From positions 11,411 to 75,410 of the forward strand of contig JAJZWV010000009.1 in NCBI GenBank assembly GCA_021846505.1: a stretch of 64,000 nt of DNA, in the 5' to 3' direction. Made by a program: the position numbers and the translations under genes. The notes under the pieces are model-generated. The model did not search any database and was not told the DNA's origin. It saw only the letters and a program-made list of their open reading frames with translations. The DNA is from Bacillota bacterium. GTDB taxonomy: Bacteria; Bacillota; Sulfobacillia; Sulfobacillales; JAIMBI01. How positions within the stretch are numbered: position 1 is the stretch's first letter; every line of letters starts with the position of its first letter. This document shows, in pieces, positions 6,965 to 16,546 of the stretch.

Positions 6965-9133
6965 TTACCCGGACTCTGCGGACAGCACGCTCGACCAGGT
7001 CAGGGGGCCACGCGCGGCCGTCTGCACGACGCGCGCGGTCATGGCGGCCCACGCGCTTGGGCTGGCCCCGGCGGCCCAACCCGCCAGCTGCTTCAATTCC
7101 CCCACCTGGGTGGGTGTCAGCCGCCCCAGAACCGGCAGCCCGCCCGGCCGCTGATACCCCGCCAGCGCCACCGCGCGAGCCACGGGCCCCCCCGCGTCCG
7201 CACGAATGACGGTGGCGGCCGCCAGCACGGGCACAATCGCGCGCCGCTCATCTCCAGCCGGAAATACCGACGGCCCAGGTGCCGCGGCGTTCGTGCTTCC
7301 CACCCCCAGCGCACTTTGCCACGAGGCGGCCGCCAAGCGCAGCCAAGGCGCCAGCGTGGTGGGCTGGCTGGTGGCGCATCCCCCGGCTACCAAGTCCACC
7401 GGCGCGCAGTAGGGAGAATGGCCCGGCAGGGCCACAAAAGCCGGCGTGACCGCGGGTGCCGTGAGCAGCGGGTCCACGACCAGCGGCGGCACCGAGCCGT
7501 CGTAGCCCGGCAGCCATCGCGCCAGGATTTGGTCCGCCGCCACGTAGGATGCCAGCGCCGCCGCTTGCAGCGCCGTCACTGGGCGGCGCGTGTACACGGA
7601 CCGCCCATCCACCCGCGTTGCGTGGTAGGGGCCCGACAGCCACAGCACTGCGGGCAGGATGCCCGGCGCGCCGGCTGCGGGCACGGCACTCCAATGGGGA
7701 AGGCTCTTCGGCGTGGCCGTCACCGCCCACGACAGCGAGGTCGCGAGGAAAAGGGGCCGCCCAGCCGCTCCCCCGGCCAGCAGGCGCGGATACCAAGCGC
7801 CTCCCCCCGACCAGTACACGCGGCCGCCCCCGGCATAAGCCTCCCCGCTGGTGCCCCCGACTGGAAACGGCGGCGTGGGCAGCCAGGTCGCCAGCGGCAG
7901 CAGGCGGCCGCGGTATGCAATCTCGAGCGTCCCGCGCCCTCCCGGCACGCGGACGGCCACCAGCCGCGCGGCACTGCCCGGCAGCACGCGCGCGCCCTGG
8001 TGAGCGACCGGCACCCCTTGCCCGTTCCAGGTCGCCCGCGTCACGGATAAGCCGCGGTTTAGCCAGAACCACAGCAGCGACGCCCCGCCGCCGCGAGCAG
8101 ACAGCCGCACCCGCGCGACCCCCGCCACCGCCCCGGTGGCTGCACTGACCGACACGTCAAGTGATAGGGGGCCCAGCGCCGCCACGCGGCCGCCCGCAGC
8201 CGCCGCCGAAGCCGCCGACGCGGGCAGCAGGCCCGGCGACAGAGACAGCCCGGTCACCTCGAGCCACACCACCGCCAGCGCCAGCGCACCCAGCATGCCT
8301 TGGTGCCAGCGGCGATCGCGGGCCGGGTGCGCCGAGGGCGTGGTGCGCCTCCGATCGCGCTCGCGGATCGCGGCGATCGCCAGCAGTCCGGCCGCCGCCA
8401 GCCACACCGCCCGGTTGGCCCAGAGCCATCCGGGCGTCGGCCCCAGCAGCTCGGGAGGCAGCGCCAGCCCCAGGGTCAGCAGCCCTGGGAACGGGCTCCA
8501 CAAAAACAGGCGGGGGTCCAGCGCCGCCGCCAGGGCAACCCACTTGTACTGCAGGAACGCCATCACCAGGCTGCCCAGGATTCCCATCAGGAAGTACCGG
8601 CTCCCGCCACCAGTGCGGCCCGCCAGCCACACGGCCGCTGCGGCCGTCAGCACGAGGCTCGGCCCGACGGCCAGCAGGCACCACGCGGTGTCCCAGCCCA
8701 GTGCGCTCACCAGCGGCAAGCGCGCGAGCCCAAACAGCGCGAGGGATCCCATCACGTCCACCGCCGCCAGCATGAACGACCCAACCGCGACCAACCCCGC
8801 CACCCGCCCCAGCACGTACCCGCTGGCGCTGACCGGGCGCGCAAACACGGCCACTTCGGCGTCGGCACTGCGCCAAATTTGCCCCGCGGCCAGCACGATG
8901 GCGAACGGCACCAGCATGAGACACAGCGCCAGCATCTGAATCGCCCCGTCACCCGCGGTCGGGGACCCGATAGCGGCGGCGCCGGCCACCAGCGACAGCA
9001 CCAGCAGGCTCGCCAGCTCGGTCCTCACGACCACCTCCCGCCAACTTTGGCGCCAGGTGTCGCCGGCCAGCACCCACACGGCCGTGAGGGCACGGGGCCG
9101 GGCCCAGCTACCGCCGGGGGGCGCGGCGCCCAT
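6965..9133 (-). CDS. Large membrane protein: N-terminal multi-pass (ABC-2 permease-like) region plus roughly 400-aa non-hydrophobic C-terminal domain
   Basis: 722-aa ORF. The N-terminal half is dominated by hydrophobic helices; the C-terminal half is soluble-looking. No HEXXH motif. It overlaps the upstream ATPase stop, and the start is uncertain (9133 or a downstream GTG). Confidence 0.6.
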   Translation of the reverse strand: MGAAPPGGSWARPRALTAVWVLAGDTWRQSWREVVVRTELASLLVLSLVAGAAAIGSPTAGDGAIQMLALCLMLVPFAIVLAAGQIWRSADAEVAVFARPVSASGYVLGRVAGLVAVGSFMLAAVDVMGSLALFGLARLPLVSALGWDTAWCLLAVGPSLVLTAAAAVWLAGRTGGGSRYFLMGILGSLVMAFLQYKWVALAAALDPRLFLWSPFPGLLTLGLALPPELLGPTPGWLWANRAVWLAAAGLLAIAAIRERDRRRTTPSAHPARDRRWHQGMLGALALAVVWLEVTGLSLSPGLLPASAASAAAAGGRVAALGPLSLDVSVSAATGAVAGVARVRLSARGGGASLLWFWLNRGLSVTRATWNGQGVPVAHQGARVLPGSAARLVAVRVPGGRGTLEIAYRGRLLPLATWLPTPPFPVGGTSGEAYAGGGRVYWSGGGAWYPRLLAGGAAGRPLFLATSLSWAVTATPKSLPHWSAVPAAGAPGILPAVLWLSGPYHATRVDGRSVYTRRPVTALQAAALASYVAADQILARWLPGYDGSVPPLVVDPLLTAPAVTPAFVALPGHSPYCAPVDLVAGGCATSQPTTLAPWLRLAAASWQSALGVGSTNAAAPGPSVFPAGDERRAIVPVLAAATVIRADAGGPVARAVALAGYQRPGGLPVLGRLTPTQVGELKQLAGWAAGASPSAWAAMTARVVQTAARGPLTWSSVLSAESG

Positions 9134-10016
9134 CGGCCCACCTCCCTTCCAGCCACTGCCGCTCGACCACCAAGTATCCGTCCAGCAGCCGCGGCGGCCG
9201 GGCTGCCAGCGGCCCAGCCGCCCCCATATCGCGCTCCCCCACCGACACCACCAGGCGGCAGTCCCGGTCCAGGTCCACGCCCACGTCCACCGCGTCCGCC
9301 ACCGCTACACCTCGGGGCGCATACCAGGTGCGCCCTTGGGCTCGCGCCGCCAAGCCCGTAACGGCTCCCTGGTAAACCATGCGGCCGTCCACCAGCATCA
9401 TGGCGTCCGTGCAAAACCGCGCCACTTCATCCAGCAGATGCGTCGTAATCAAAATCGCGCGCGGCCCATCCGGGTCATGCAGCAGCGTCGCGAGCAAGTC
9501 CCACAGTGCTAGACGCTCTTCCAAATCCAAGCCGGCCGTGGGCTCATCGAGCAGCATGACGGGGACCCGGCGCGCCCACAGCATGGCCATTGCCAGCCAG
9601 CGGCGCTCCGACGCGGACAGGCGGCCCGCCGCCCACTCGGCCCGATGCAGCAGGCCGAAGTGGCGCAGCGCGGTGCGCACATCCTCTTCCTCCGGGGCTC
9701 GACCCATCAGCCAGGCTTGCTGGCGCCACACGTGCTCTTGCACCGTCAGCCGCCGATACACGCCCGGAAATTGGGGCAGGTAGCCTACCCGGCGGCGAAT
9801 CGCGCCTGGCCGGTCCTGCATGGCCGCATCGCCCACTTCGATGTGGCCCTCCTCGGGCGGCAGCAGGCCCGCGAGCGTGCGCAGCAAAGTGGTTTTTCCC
9901 GCTCCATTGGGGCCAACCAGCGCCGTAAGGCCGGGGCGCAGATCCATAGTCACTTCATGCAAAATCTCAGGCGCCTCGGTCCCGCGGCCAACCTGAACTA
10001 AGCCCCGGACTTTCAT
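9108..10016 (-). CDS. ABC transporter ATP-binding protein
   Basis: Walker A GPNGAGKT, signature-like LSASERRW, Walker B MLLDEPTAGLD and H-loop ITTH. ATG 10016 was chosen because the longer ORF start would overlap the upstream ATPase gene. Confidence 0.85.
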   Translation of the reverse strand: MKVRGLVQVGRGTEAPEILHEVTMDLRPGLTALVGPNGAGKTTLLRTLAGLLPPEEGHIEVGDAAMQDRPGAIRRRVGYLPQFPGVYRRLTVQEHVWRQQAWLMGRAPEEEDVRTALRHFGLLHRAEWAAGRLSASERRWLAMAMLWARRVPVMLLDEPTAGLDLEERLALWDLLATLLHDPDGPRAILITTHLLDEVARFCTDAMMLVDGRMVYQGAVTGLAARAQGRTWYAPRGVAVADAVDVGVDLDRDCRLVVSVGERDMGAAGPLAARPPRLLDGYLVVERQWLEGRWADGRRAPRR

Positions 10017-10027
10017 CGCCAGGTCGC

Positions 10028-10891
10028 TCACGCGGTCTTGGACTCCCGCCGGCTGTTCCACAACAGCACCAGGTACCCGTACTCGGGTGTGGGGTCGACC
10101 GGGCGGGCCACTTGGTGCGGCGACGAATCGGCCAAGACGGCGATGGTGTCCGGGCGCGGCCCGGGGAACACCAAGCCGTCCAGCCGAGGGCGAAAACTCC
10201 AAGGCAGCTCCCACACCAATCCACGCGCCATCAGGGCCAGCTCCGGGGCCGGCAGGCGGCGGATGAGGCGGCCGCGGTCCAGCACCGCCACGTGTCCCCC
10301 CACCGCCAGCACCTCGTCCACCACGGTGGTGGATAGCAGGACCGGCCGATCTTCCGCTAGTGAGCGCAGCAGCTCCAGGGTCATCAGCTGCTCGTAGGGG
10401 TCCAGTCCGGCGGTAGGCGTTTCCACGGCCAGCACTGCGGGATCTTTCATGAGGGCCTGCGCCAGCAGTGCGCGCCGCTTCATACCCCCGGAGAAGGCGC
10501 CCAGCCGACGGTTGGCCGCGTCTCCTAGGTGCACTGCGGCCACCGCCGCCTCGGCGCGGTCGCGCGCCTCCCGCCCCAAGCCATCCAGCCGCGCCAGCTC
10601 CAGCAAGTACTCAGCGAGGGTGAGCTCCTCCGGAACCACCACGGCCTGCGGGACGTATCCCACGCGGGTGCGGACCGCCAGCGGATCCGCCGCCACATCG
10701 GACCCCGCCACCCAAGCCGTGCCGCGGGTCGGCATAACCCGGGATGCCACCACGCTCAGCAGCGTGGACTTGCCCGAGCCGTGCGGCCCCAGCACCGCGA
10801 GACACCCCGGACCCTGCTTCAAATGCACGCCGTCCAACGCCGGGCGCGGCAGTCCTGCAAACAGCACGCTGACGCCCTCCAACTGAATCAA
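10028..10891 (-). CDS. ABC transporter ATP-binding protein
   Basis: Walker A GPHGSGKST, signature FSGGMKRR and Walker B-like LAVETPTAGLD. Confidence 0.85.
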   Translation of the reverse strand: MIQLEGVSVLFAGLPRPALDGVHLKQGPGCLAVLGPHGSGKSTLLSVVASRVMPTRGTAWVAGSDVAADPLAVRTRVGYVPQAVVVPEELTLAEYLLELARLDGLGREARDRAEAAVAAVHLGDAANRRLGAFSGGMKRRALLAQALMKDPAVLAVETPTAGLDPYEQLMTLELLRSLAEDRPVLLSTTVVDEVLAVGGHVAVLDRGRLIRRLPAPELALMARGLVWELPWSFRPRLDGLVFPGPRPDTIAVLADSSPHQVARPVDPTPEYGYLVLLWNSRRESKTA

Positions 10892-10968
10892 TGCCGCAAC
10901 GCCTCGCCTTCGGCTACCGTTTCACGCGCTTTCCGTATAGGAGAATACGACAAATTCCGCCGGCCGGG

Positions 10969-12015
10969 CTATTCGCCCGCGCGGCGCTCCTCCCCGGCCC
11001 CCGTGGTACGCATGGCGCGCTTGGCCGCATACATATGCTCTTCGGCACGGCGCACCAGCGTGCGGGGGCTGTCCTCGGCGTCGCTCACGGCCACACCAAT
11101 GGCGGCGGCGGGGACGCCCGCTGGCCACTGCGACAGCATCGCCCGGCTGACATCTTCCGGCGCCACCGCCACCCGAGGCTGAAACAGCACACCAAATTCG
11201 TCGCCATACAGGCGGCACACCACCGGGTCGTCAAATACCGCCCCCGCCAGTGTGCGCACAAGCGAGCGCAAGCCGTCGGCGGTGGCTTGAATGGCGCGGT
11301 CGCCCGCTTCATGGCCCAGGCGGTCGTTCACCGCCTTCAGCCCATTCATGTCGACAAACGCCAAGCCCAGGCGGCGCCCAGAAACGCCCATGCGCCGATT
11401 CACTTCATCGCGGAAAAATTGGCCGTTGAAGCATTGCGTCATAAAGTCCCGCCGCCGGTTCAGCTCATGCTCCACGGTGGCCGCAGCCATGGCGACAAAC
11501 GGAGCCAGCAGAGCCGCCGTCTCGACGTCAGGCACCCGGTTGTCAAATGGAGCGTCGGCGGTGATATTGCCCAGCGCGCAGCCATCAGACGCCAACAGGG
11601 GCATGTACAACATGTCGTCGGGGTGCCACATGCCTTCCTGCCACCCCTCGGTCGGCGTGCGGCTGTCGGACAGCAGGACGTCTTCCAGGTTGGGCAGGAC
11701 AAACCTGAGGCGTTCATGCGGCACGTAGTACACTTCCTCAATGCGCACTCCGTGCTGCTGAACGCGGGCGTACTCTTCCTCGGGCAGGACATCATGGCTG
11801 CGTATCCATGCTTCTTCATCGGCGGTCAGTCCAGCCAGCCCAAACAGCTTCTCGCCATAGAGGGACGCATACACCTGGACGGCTGCGCGCCGAAACAGCC
11901 CGGCGCGCACCAGGGCGCCCGCGATGGCCGCCAGCTTATGCTCCAGCTGGTCTGCCCCGACGATGTCCCGATAGCTTGACAAAAATACCATGAGAACCGT
12001 GCGCGGATCGCGCAT
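10969..12015 (-). CDS. GAF-like sensor domain plus GGDEF-family domain with variant YGDEF motif
   Basis: The C-terminal region FVDMNGLKAVNDRLGHEAGDRAI...RLYGDEFGVL is typical of GGDEF diguanylate cyclases, but the first Gly of GGDEF is Tyr. Confidence 0.8.
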   Translation of the reverse strand: MRDPRTVLMVFLSSYRDIVGADQLEHKLAAIAGALVRAGLFRRAAVQVYASLYGEKLFGLAGLTADEEAWIRSHDVLPEEEYARVQQHGVRIEEVYYVPHERLRFVLPNLEDVLLSDSRTPTEGWQEGMWHPDDMLYMPLLASDGCALGNITADAPFDNRVPDVETAALLAPFVAMAAATVEHELNRRRDFMTQCFNGQFFRDEVNRRMGVSGRRLGLAFVDMNGLKAVNDRLGHEAGDRAIQATADGLRSLVRTLAGAVFDDPVVCRLYGDEFGVLFQPRVAVAPEDVSRAMLSQWPAGVPAAAIGVAVSDAEDSPRTLVRRAEEHMYAAKRAMRTTGAGEERRAGE

Positions 12016-12048
12016 GCCCGCACCTCCTGGTGGCTCGGCAGGCGCCCC

Positions 12049-12843
12049 TTAGCGGGGTGCCATGCGTATCGCGCCGTCGAGGCGAATGACGGTGCCATTC
12101 AGCATCGGGTTTAGGAAAATCTGCTGCACCAGCAACGCATATTCGGATGGGCGGCCCAGTCGCGGCGGAAACGGCACCTGCCGTCCCAGGGACTGCCGCG
12201 CTGCCTCCGGCAGGCCAGCCATCATCGGGGTTTCGAAGATGCCCGGGGCCACCCCCACCACCCGAATGCCGTCACGCGCCAGCTCGCGCGCCGCCGGCAG
12301 CACCAGGGCCGCCACCCCTCCCTTGGAAGAGGCGTAAGCCACCTGGCCCACCTGGCCCTCAAACGCCGCCACAGATGCAGTGACCACGATGACGCCCCGC
12401 TGGCCTTCGGCATCCGGCGCGTTGGCCGTCATGGCGCGGGCCGCCAGCCGCATCACATTGAAGGTGCCCACGAGGTTCACCGAGACCACCCGCCGAAACC
12501 GATCCAGGTCGTGCGGGCCTGATCGGCTCAGCAGCCGCTCGGCAATCGCAATCCCGGCGGTGTGCACTACGCCCCGCACCGCGCCCCATCGGTCCAGCAC
12601 CGCCGCGATCGCGGCCTGGACCGGCTCTTCCTCCGCCACGTCGGCCTGAAGTGCCAAACCGCGGTCGCCCAGCGGGCCCGCCACGGCTTCGGCGGCCGCT
12701 CGATTGACATCGACGATGGCCACCCGCGCGCCCAGTGCCGCTACGCTGTCGACACTGGCTGCCCCCAGCCCGGAGCCACCCCCAAACACCATGACCGCGG
12801 CATTCGTCCAATCCACCGCACGCTCTCCTGAATTACTCGCCAC
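12049..12843 (-). CDS. Short-chain dehydrogenase/reductase, 3-hydroxyacyl-CoA dehydrogenase type-2-like
   Basis: GGGSGLG nucleotide-binding motif and YASSKGG catalytic motif. GTG 12843 is preceded by GAGGGAGGGA. Confidence 0.8.
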   Translation of the reverse strand: MASNSGERAVDWTNAAVMVFGGGSGLGAASVDSVAALGARVAIVDVNRAAAEAVAGPLGDRGLALQADVAEEEPVQAAIAAVLDRWGAVRGVVHTAGIAIAERLLSRSGPHDLDRFRRVVSVNLVGTFNVMRLAARAMTANAPDAEGQRGVIVVTASVAAFEGQVGQVAYASSKGGVAALVLPAARELARDGIRVVGVAPGIFETPMMAGLPEAARQSLGRQVPFPPRLGRPSEYALLVQQIFLNPMLNGTVIRLDGAIRMAPR

Positions 12844-14494
12844 GTCGGTCCCTCCCTCGGTCCTCCAGCGCATCGTGAAACTGCTCGCGCAGCGCCGTCT
12901 TGAGAAATTTCCCGGTCGCCGTCCGCGGAATAGCGTCCACCCACCGATAGCCGTCCGGAAGCCACCAGTCAGGAAACTGCGGCGCCAGAAAACGGGCCAG
13001 CTCAAGATCGCTGGGGCGATCGGACCCGCGCCCCACCAGCACGGCCAGCGGCCGCTCCTGCCACCGCGGATGGGCCACCGCAATCACCGCGGCCTCCGCG
13101 ACCGACGGGTGGCCCATCAGGGCATTTTCCAGCGCCACCGAGCTGATCCACTCCCCTCCGGACTTCACCAGATCCTTGGCGCGGTCCCGGATGACCAGGT
13201 AGCCTCGGGCATCAATGGTCACCACGTCGCCGGTCCTGAACCAGCCATCGTCAGTAAACTTGCCGTCGTCGTCGCCGCCGTAGTAATGTGCCGCGACCCA
13301 GGGCCCCCGCACCTCCAGCTCCCCCGGCGTGCTGCCATCCCAGGGAACCAAGCCACCGGCGCCGCGGGCCCGAATTTCCACCAGAGCCGCGGGCCGCCCC
13401 TGGGACAGGCGGTATGCGTCGCCCTCGGGACCGGGGCGGGGATCCACTCCCGCTGGCACGTGCGCCACCGACCCCAGGGGCGTCGTCTCCGTCATTCCCC
13501 AGGCATGCAGCACGGTCAGCCCATGCCGATCGCGCAGCCCTGCGAGCACCGAAGGGGGGACGGCGGCGCCGCCCACCAACATCGTGTGTAGCCGCGACAC
13601 ATCATACCGGCCCGGGTGCGCATCCAGCTCCGCCAGGATGCCCAACCAAATGGTGGGCACGCCCGCCGTGAGCGTGGTGCGGGTCTCCTCCAGCAGGGTC
13701 AACAGCCCCACCGGCGTCAGGTCATGCCCGGGCAGCACCAGCCCGGCGCCGTGCAGGGCCGCGCCATAAGGCAGGCCCCAGGCCATGACGTGAAACATCG
13801 GCACCACCGGGAGCACCGTGTCCCGCTCTGACAGGCCAATGGAATCCACGGCCGCCTCCGCCAGCGCGTGCAGCACCAGGCTCCGGTGGGAGTAGACCAC
13901 CCCTTTAGGGCGGCCCGTGGTGCCAGAGGTGTAGCACATGGCGGCGGCCTGCCGATCGTCAGCCACCCCGTCCGCCAGTGGGACGGGCTCGCCGCGGGCC
14001 AGGACGGCTTCGTAACCCAGGGATCCGGCCGGCACCGGCCCGGTGCCATCCTCCACCACGACGGCTGCCAGCGCGGGCAGGCGCTCGCGAATTTTTTCCC
14101 ACACGGGCCACAGCCGCTGGTCCACCACCACCACCCGATCGCCGGCCTCGCGCATGATGTGCACCAAGTCATCCGGGTGCAGGCGCGGATTCACGGTGTG
14201 CAGCACGGCGCCCATTCCCGGCACCGCAAAATACATCTCCAAGTGCTGGTAGTGGTTCATGGCCAGGGTGGCCACTCGGTCCCCCGGCCCCACCCCCAGC
14301 GCGGCCAAGCCGCCGGCCAATCGCCCAGCGCGCTCCGCCAGCGCCCGATAGGTGTAGCGGTGCCGGCCCCCATCCGGCGTGCGGGTCACCACCGGCCTGT
14401 CAGCAAAGATGGTGGCGGCGCGGCGCATGACCCAATTGATGGTCAGCGGCACGTCGTCCATCATGAGACCTCGAAAGGGGCTTGGCCGCCCCAT
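12833..14494 (-). CDS. AMP-dependent acyl-CoA synthetase (medium/long-chain fatty acid-CoA ligase)
   Basis: YTSGTTGRPKGV AMP-binding motif, GWFRTGD and a TGKFLK-type C-terminus. Start at 14494 or 14464. Confidence 0.8.
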   Translation of the reverse strand: MGRPSPFRGLMMDDVPLTINWVMRRAATIFADRPVVTRTPDGGRHRYTYRALAERAGRLAGGLAALGVGPGDRVATLAMNHYQHLEMYFAVPGMGAVLHTVNPRLHPDDLVHIMREAGDRVVVVDQRLWPVWEKIRERLPALAAVVVEDGTGPVPAGSLGYEAVLARGEPVPLADGVADDRQAAAMCYTSGTTGRPKGVVYSHRSLVLHALAEAAVDSIGLSERDTVLPVVPMFHVMAWGLPYGAALHGAGLVLPGHDLTPVGLLTLLEETRTTLTAGVPTIWLGILAELDAHPGRYDVSRLHTMLVGGAAVPPSVLAGLRDRHGLTVLHAWGMTETTPLGSVAHVPAGVDPRPGPEGDAYRLSQGRPAALVEIRARGAGGLVPWDGSTPGELEVRGPWVAAHYYGGDDDGKFTDDGWFRTGDVVTIDARGYLVIRDRAKDLVKSGGEWISSVALENALMGHPSVAEAAVIAVAHPRWQERPLAVLVGRGSDRPSDLELARFLAPQFPDWWLPDGYRWVDAIPRTATGKFLKTALREQFHDALEDRGRDRRGE

Positions 14495-14640
14495 AGCCTC
14501 GACTGTCACGGAACTGTCCCCCTTGAGCTGCCTGCCCGCGGGGGGCGGCCGCGCAATTTTCGGAAGACTTCTCCAAGCCCACGGACAATTCCTGTCGGAC
14601 GTGTCAGCAATCTGGTGGGATTCTCGCGGGAGTCCCGCTG

Positions 14641-15273
14641 CTACAGCCAGCCGCACTCCTCGGCCCGGCGGGCAGCGTCCCAGCGCGTGGAGGCGGAAAG
14701 TTTCTGCATGGCGGCGGACAGGTAGTTGCGCACCGTTCCGACGGACAGATGCAAAGCCGCCGCCATGGCGGCGACGCCCTCCCCCTGCCCCACTCGCCTC
14801 AAAATATCCCGCTCCCGCGCACTCAGTGGGTTTCCGCCCGAGACGAGGGCCGCGACGGCCAGCTCCTGGTCCACCACTACCGCCCCCGCCTGGAGCCGGC
14901 GGATATCGTCCGCCAAGTGGGCCACCGGGTGCTCCTTCAGCAAGAAACCTTTCGCTCCGGCCGCCAGCGCGCGCTCCACATAGCCTGGCCGGCCAAACGT
15001 CGTCAGCATCGCCACCACCGTCTGGGGACTGTCCCGGCGCACCGCCTCCGCCAGGCGCAGCCCATCCATGACCGGCAGTTCCACGTCCAGGAGGGCAATG
15101 TGGGGCTTCGCCGCGTGAATGAGGGCCTGGCCGGCGACGCCGTCGGCAGCTGCCCCCACGACCCGAATATCAGGCTCAAAGTTCAGCAGCCGGCTAATCG
15201 CATCGCGCACCAGCGCCTGGTCCTCCACCACCACCACGGTGATGAGACTCCTCGGAGCTACTTCAGACGCCAT
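14641..15273 (-). CDS. NarL/LuxR-family response regulator
   Basis: Receiver with VVVVEDQ...ALLDVELPVMDG, plus a C-terminal LuxR-type HTH (LSARERDILRRV...LHLSVGTVRNYLS). Confidence 0.85.
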   Translation of the reverse strand: MASEVAPRSLITVVVVEDQALVRDAISRLLNFEPDIRVVGAAADGVAGQALIHAAKPHIALLDVELPVMDGLRLAEAVRRDSPQTVVAMLTTFGRPGYVERALAAGAKGFLLKEHPVAHLADDIRRLQAGAVVVDQELAVAALVSGGNPLSARERDILRRVGQGEGVAAMAAALHLSVGTVRNYLSAAMQKLSASTRWDAARRAEECGWL

Positions 15274-16402
15274 GCCAGCTCACCTCCGCCGCCAGACAAA
15301 ATCCCGTGGGGGTCGACTCGGCCGAGAGGTGGCCCCCCAGCTGCAGAAGGCGCTCGCGCAGACCCGAAAGGCCACTGCCGTCGGCTCGGGCCTGGCCAGG
15401 GGGCGCGGATCCGTTGTCCTGCAGCACGACGCACAGGCGGTCCCCGACTGCCGCCAGCGTCAGGCAACACTCGGTCGCGGCACTGTGGCGCAAGATGTTG
15501 GTCACCCCTTCGCGAACAAAAAAGGCGAGTGCCCGGTCAACTTCGGGCGGCAGCGGCAGGGGCTCCACGCGGCTCTCCACCTGCAGCCCAGCCGCCTCCA
15601 GGATCCCGCGGGCCTGCTCCCACTCACCTTCGAGCGAGACCGCACGCCAACTGGAGACCAGGCGCCGCACATCCGCCAGCGCGTCCCGCGCCAGCTGCGC
15701 CACCCGGCCCATCTCGGCGGCACTCGCCGGGGCGGTCTCCAATGCCTCCCGCGCCGCTAAGTCGGCCCGCACCGCCAGCGCGGACAGCGTGTGGCCAACC
15801 ACGTCATGCAGGTCTCGCGCCAGTGCCAGCCGCTCGTTGGCCACCGCCAAGTCGGCCACCTGCCGCTCTGCGGCCCGCAGACGCACCCCCATGCGCCAAA
15901 ACCTCGACCAAGCCTGCATCGCCACGGCCGCGGCGACAAATGGGACCAAGAGGCTCCACAGCAGCGCGGCCGGCGCGCCAGGACCCTCGAGCAGCCGCCA
16001 GGCACCCCCCAGCGCCGCCCCGCCGCCTGCAATCCCGGCCGCGGCCCAGCGCCGGTCCACGGCCAGCCCCAGCACTGGACCCGCATACACCCACCCGTCC
16101 AGGGCATCGGGCAGGTGGAGGACCCAAGCAGCTAGCACAGAGAGCCCCGCCAGCGCGCTGGCCCACGCCAGGCGGCCGGCATCCGTCATCTGAACAGGCC
16201 GCCGCCACGCCATCGCGTAGGCAGCCAGAAACAGGCCGAGCAGCAATATCGCCCAGACGGTCGAACCGGCGGCTTCGCGCCGGCCCACAAACTGCCCGAT
16301 GGGGTACAGGAGGTATAGCAGCCACACCCCCGCGATGCCCATCCACAGCCAGGCCCGCGCAGCCAATCCACCCGGCTGATCTAGGGACTGCGGTGCAAGC
16401 AT
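15263..16402 (-). CDS. Membrane sensor histidine kinase (HisKA_3, DesK/LiaS-like)
   Basis: N-terminal TM helices, an H-box RDLHDVVGHTLS and a C-terminal HATPase region. It overlaps the downstream regulator gene. Confidence 0.8.
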   Translation of the reverse strand: MLAPQSLDQPGGLAARAWLWMGIAGVWLLYLLYPIGQFVGRREAAGSTVWAILLLGLFLAAYAMAWRRPVQMTDAGRLAWASALAGLSVLAAWVLHLPDALDGWVYAGPVLGLAVDRRWAAAGIAGGGAALGGAWRLLEGPGAPAALLWSLLVPFVAAAVAMQAWSRFWRMGVRLRAAERQVADLAVANERLALARDLHDVVGHTLSALAVRADLAAREALETAPASAAEMGRVAQLARDALADVRRLVSSWRAVSLEGEWEQARGILEAAGLQVESRVEPLPLPPEVDRALAFFVREGVTNILRHSAATECCLTLAAVGDRLCVVLQDNGSAPPGQARADGSGLSGLRERLLQLGGHLSAESTPTGFCLAAEVSWHGV

Positions 16403-16546
16403 CGGCGCCCCCCCTCAAAGCTTACTACATCGCCCGCGCCATGCACGCTCGGCATAAGCCCGCGCCACGGACCCGGTGGATCCTTATAATGGACGAAGCC
16501 GGGCTTGGCGGGCTGGCCCGCTGCACGGCGCGGAAGGAGTGTGACC

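Noticed and set aside
6965-9133. M1 aminopeptidase fusion to an ABC-2 permease
   Set aside because: The architecture resembles annotated permease/M1-peptidase fusions, but I found no HEXXH or downstream Glu motif in the soluble half, so I did not call a peptidase.
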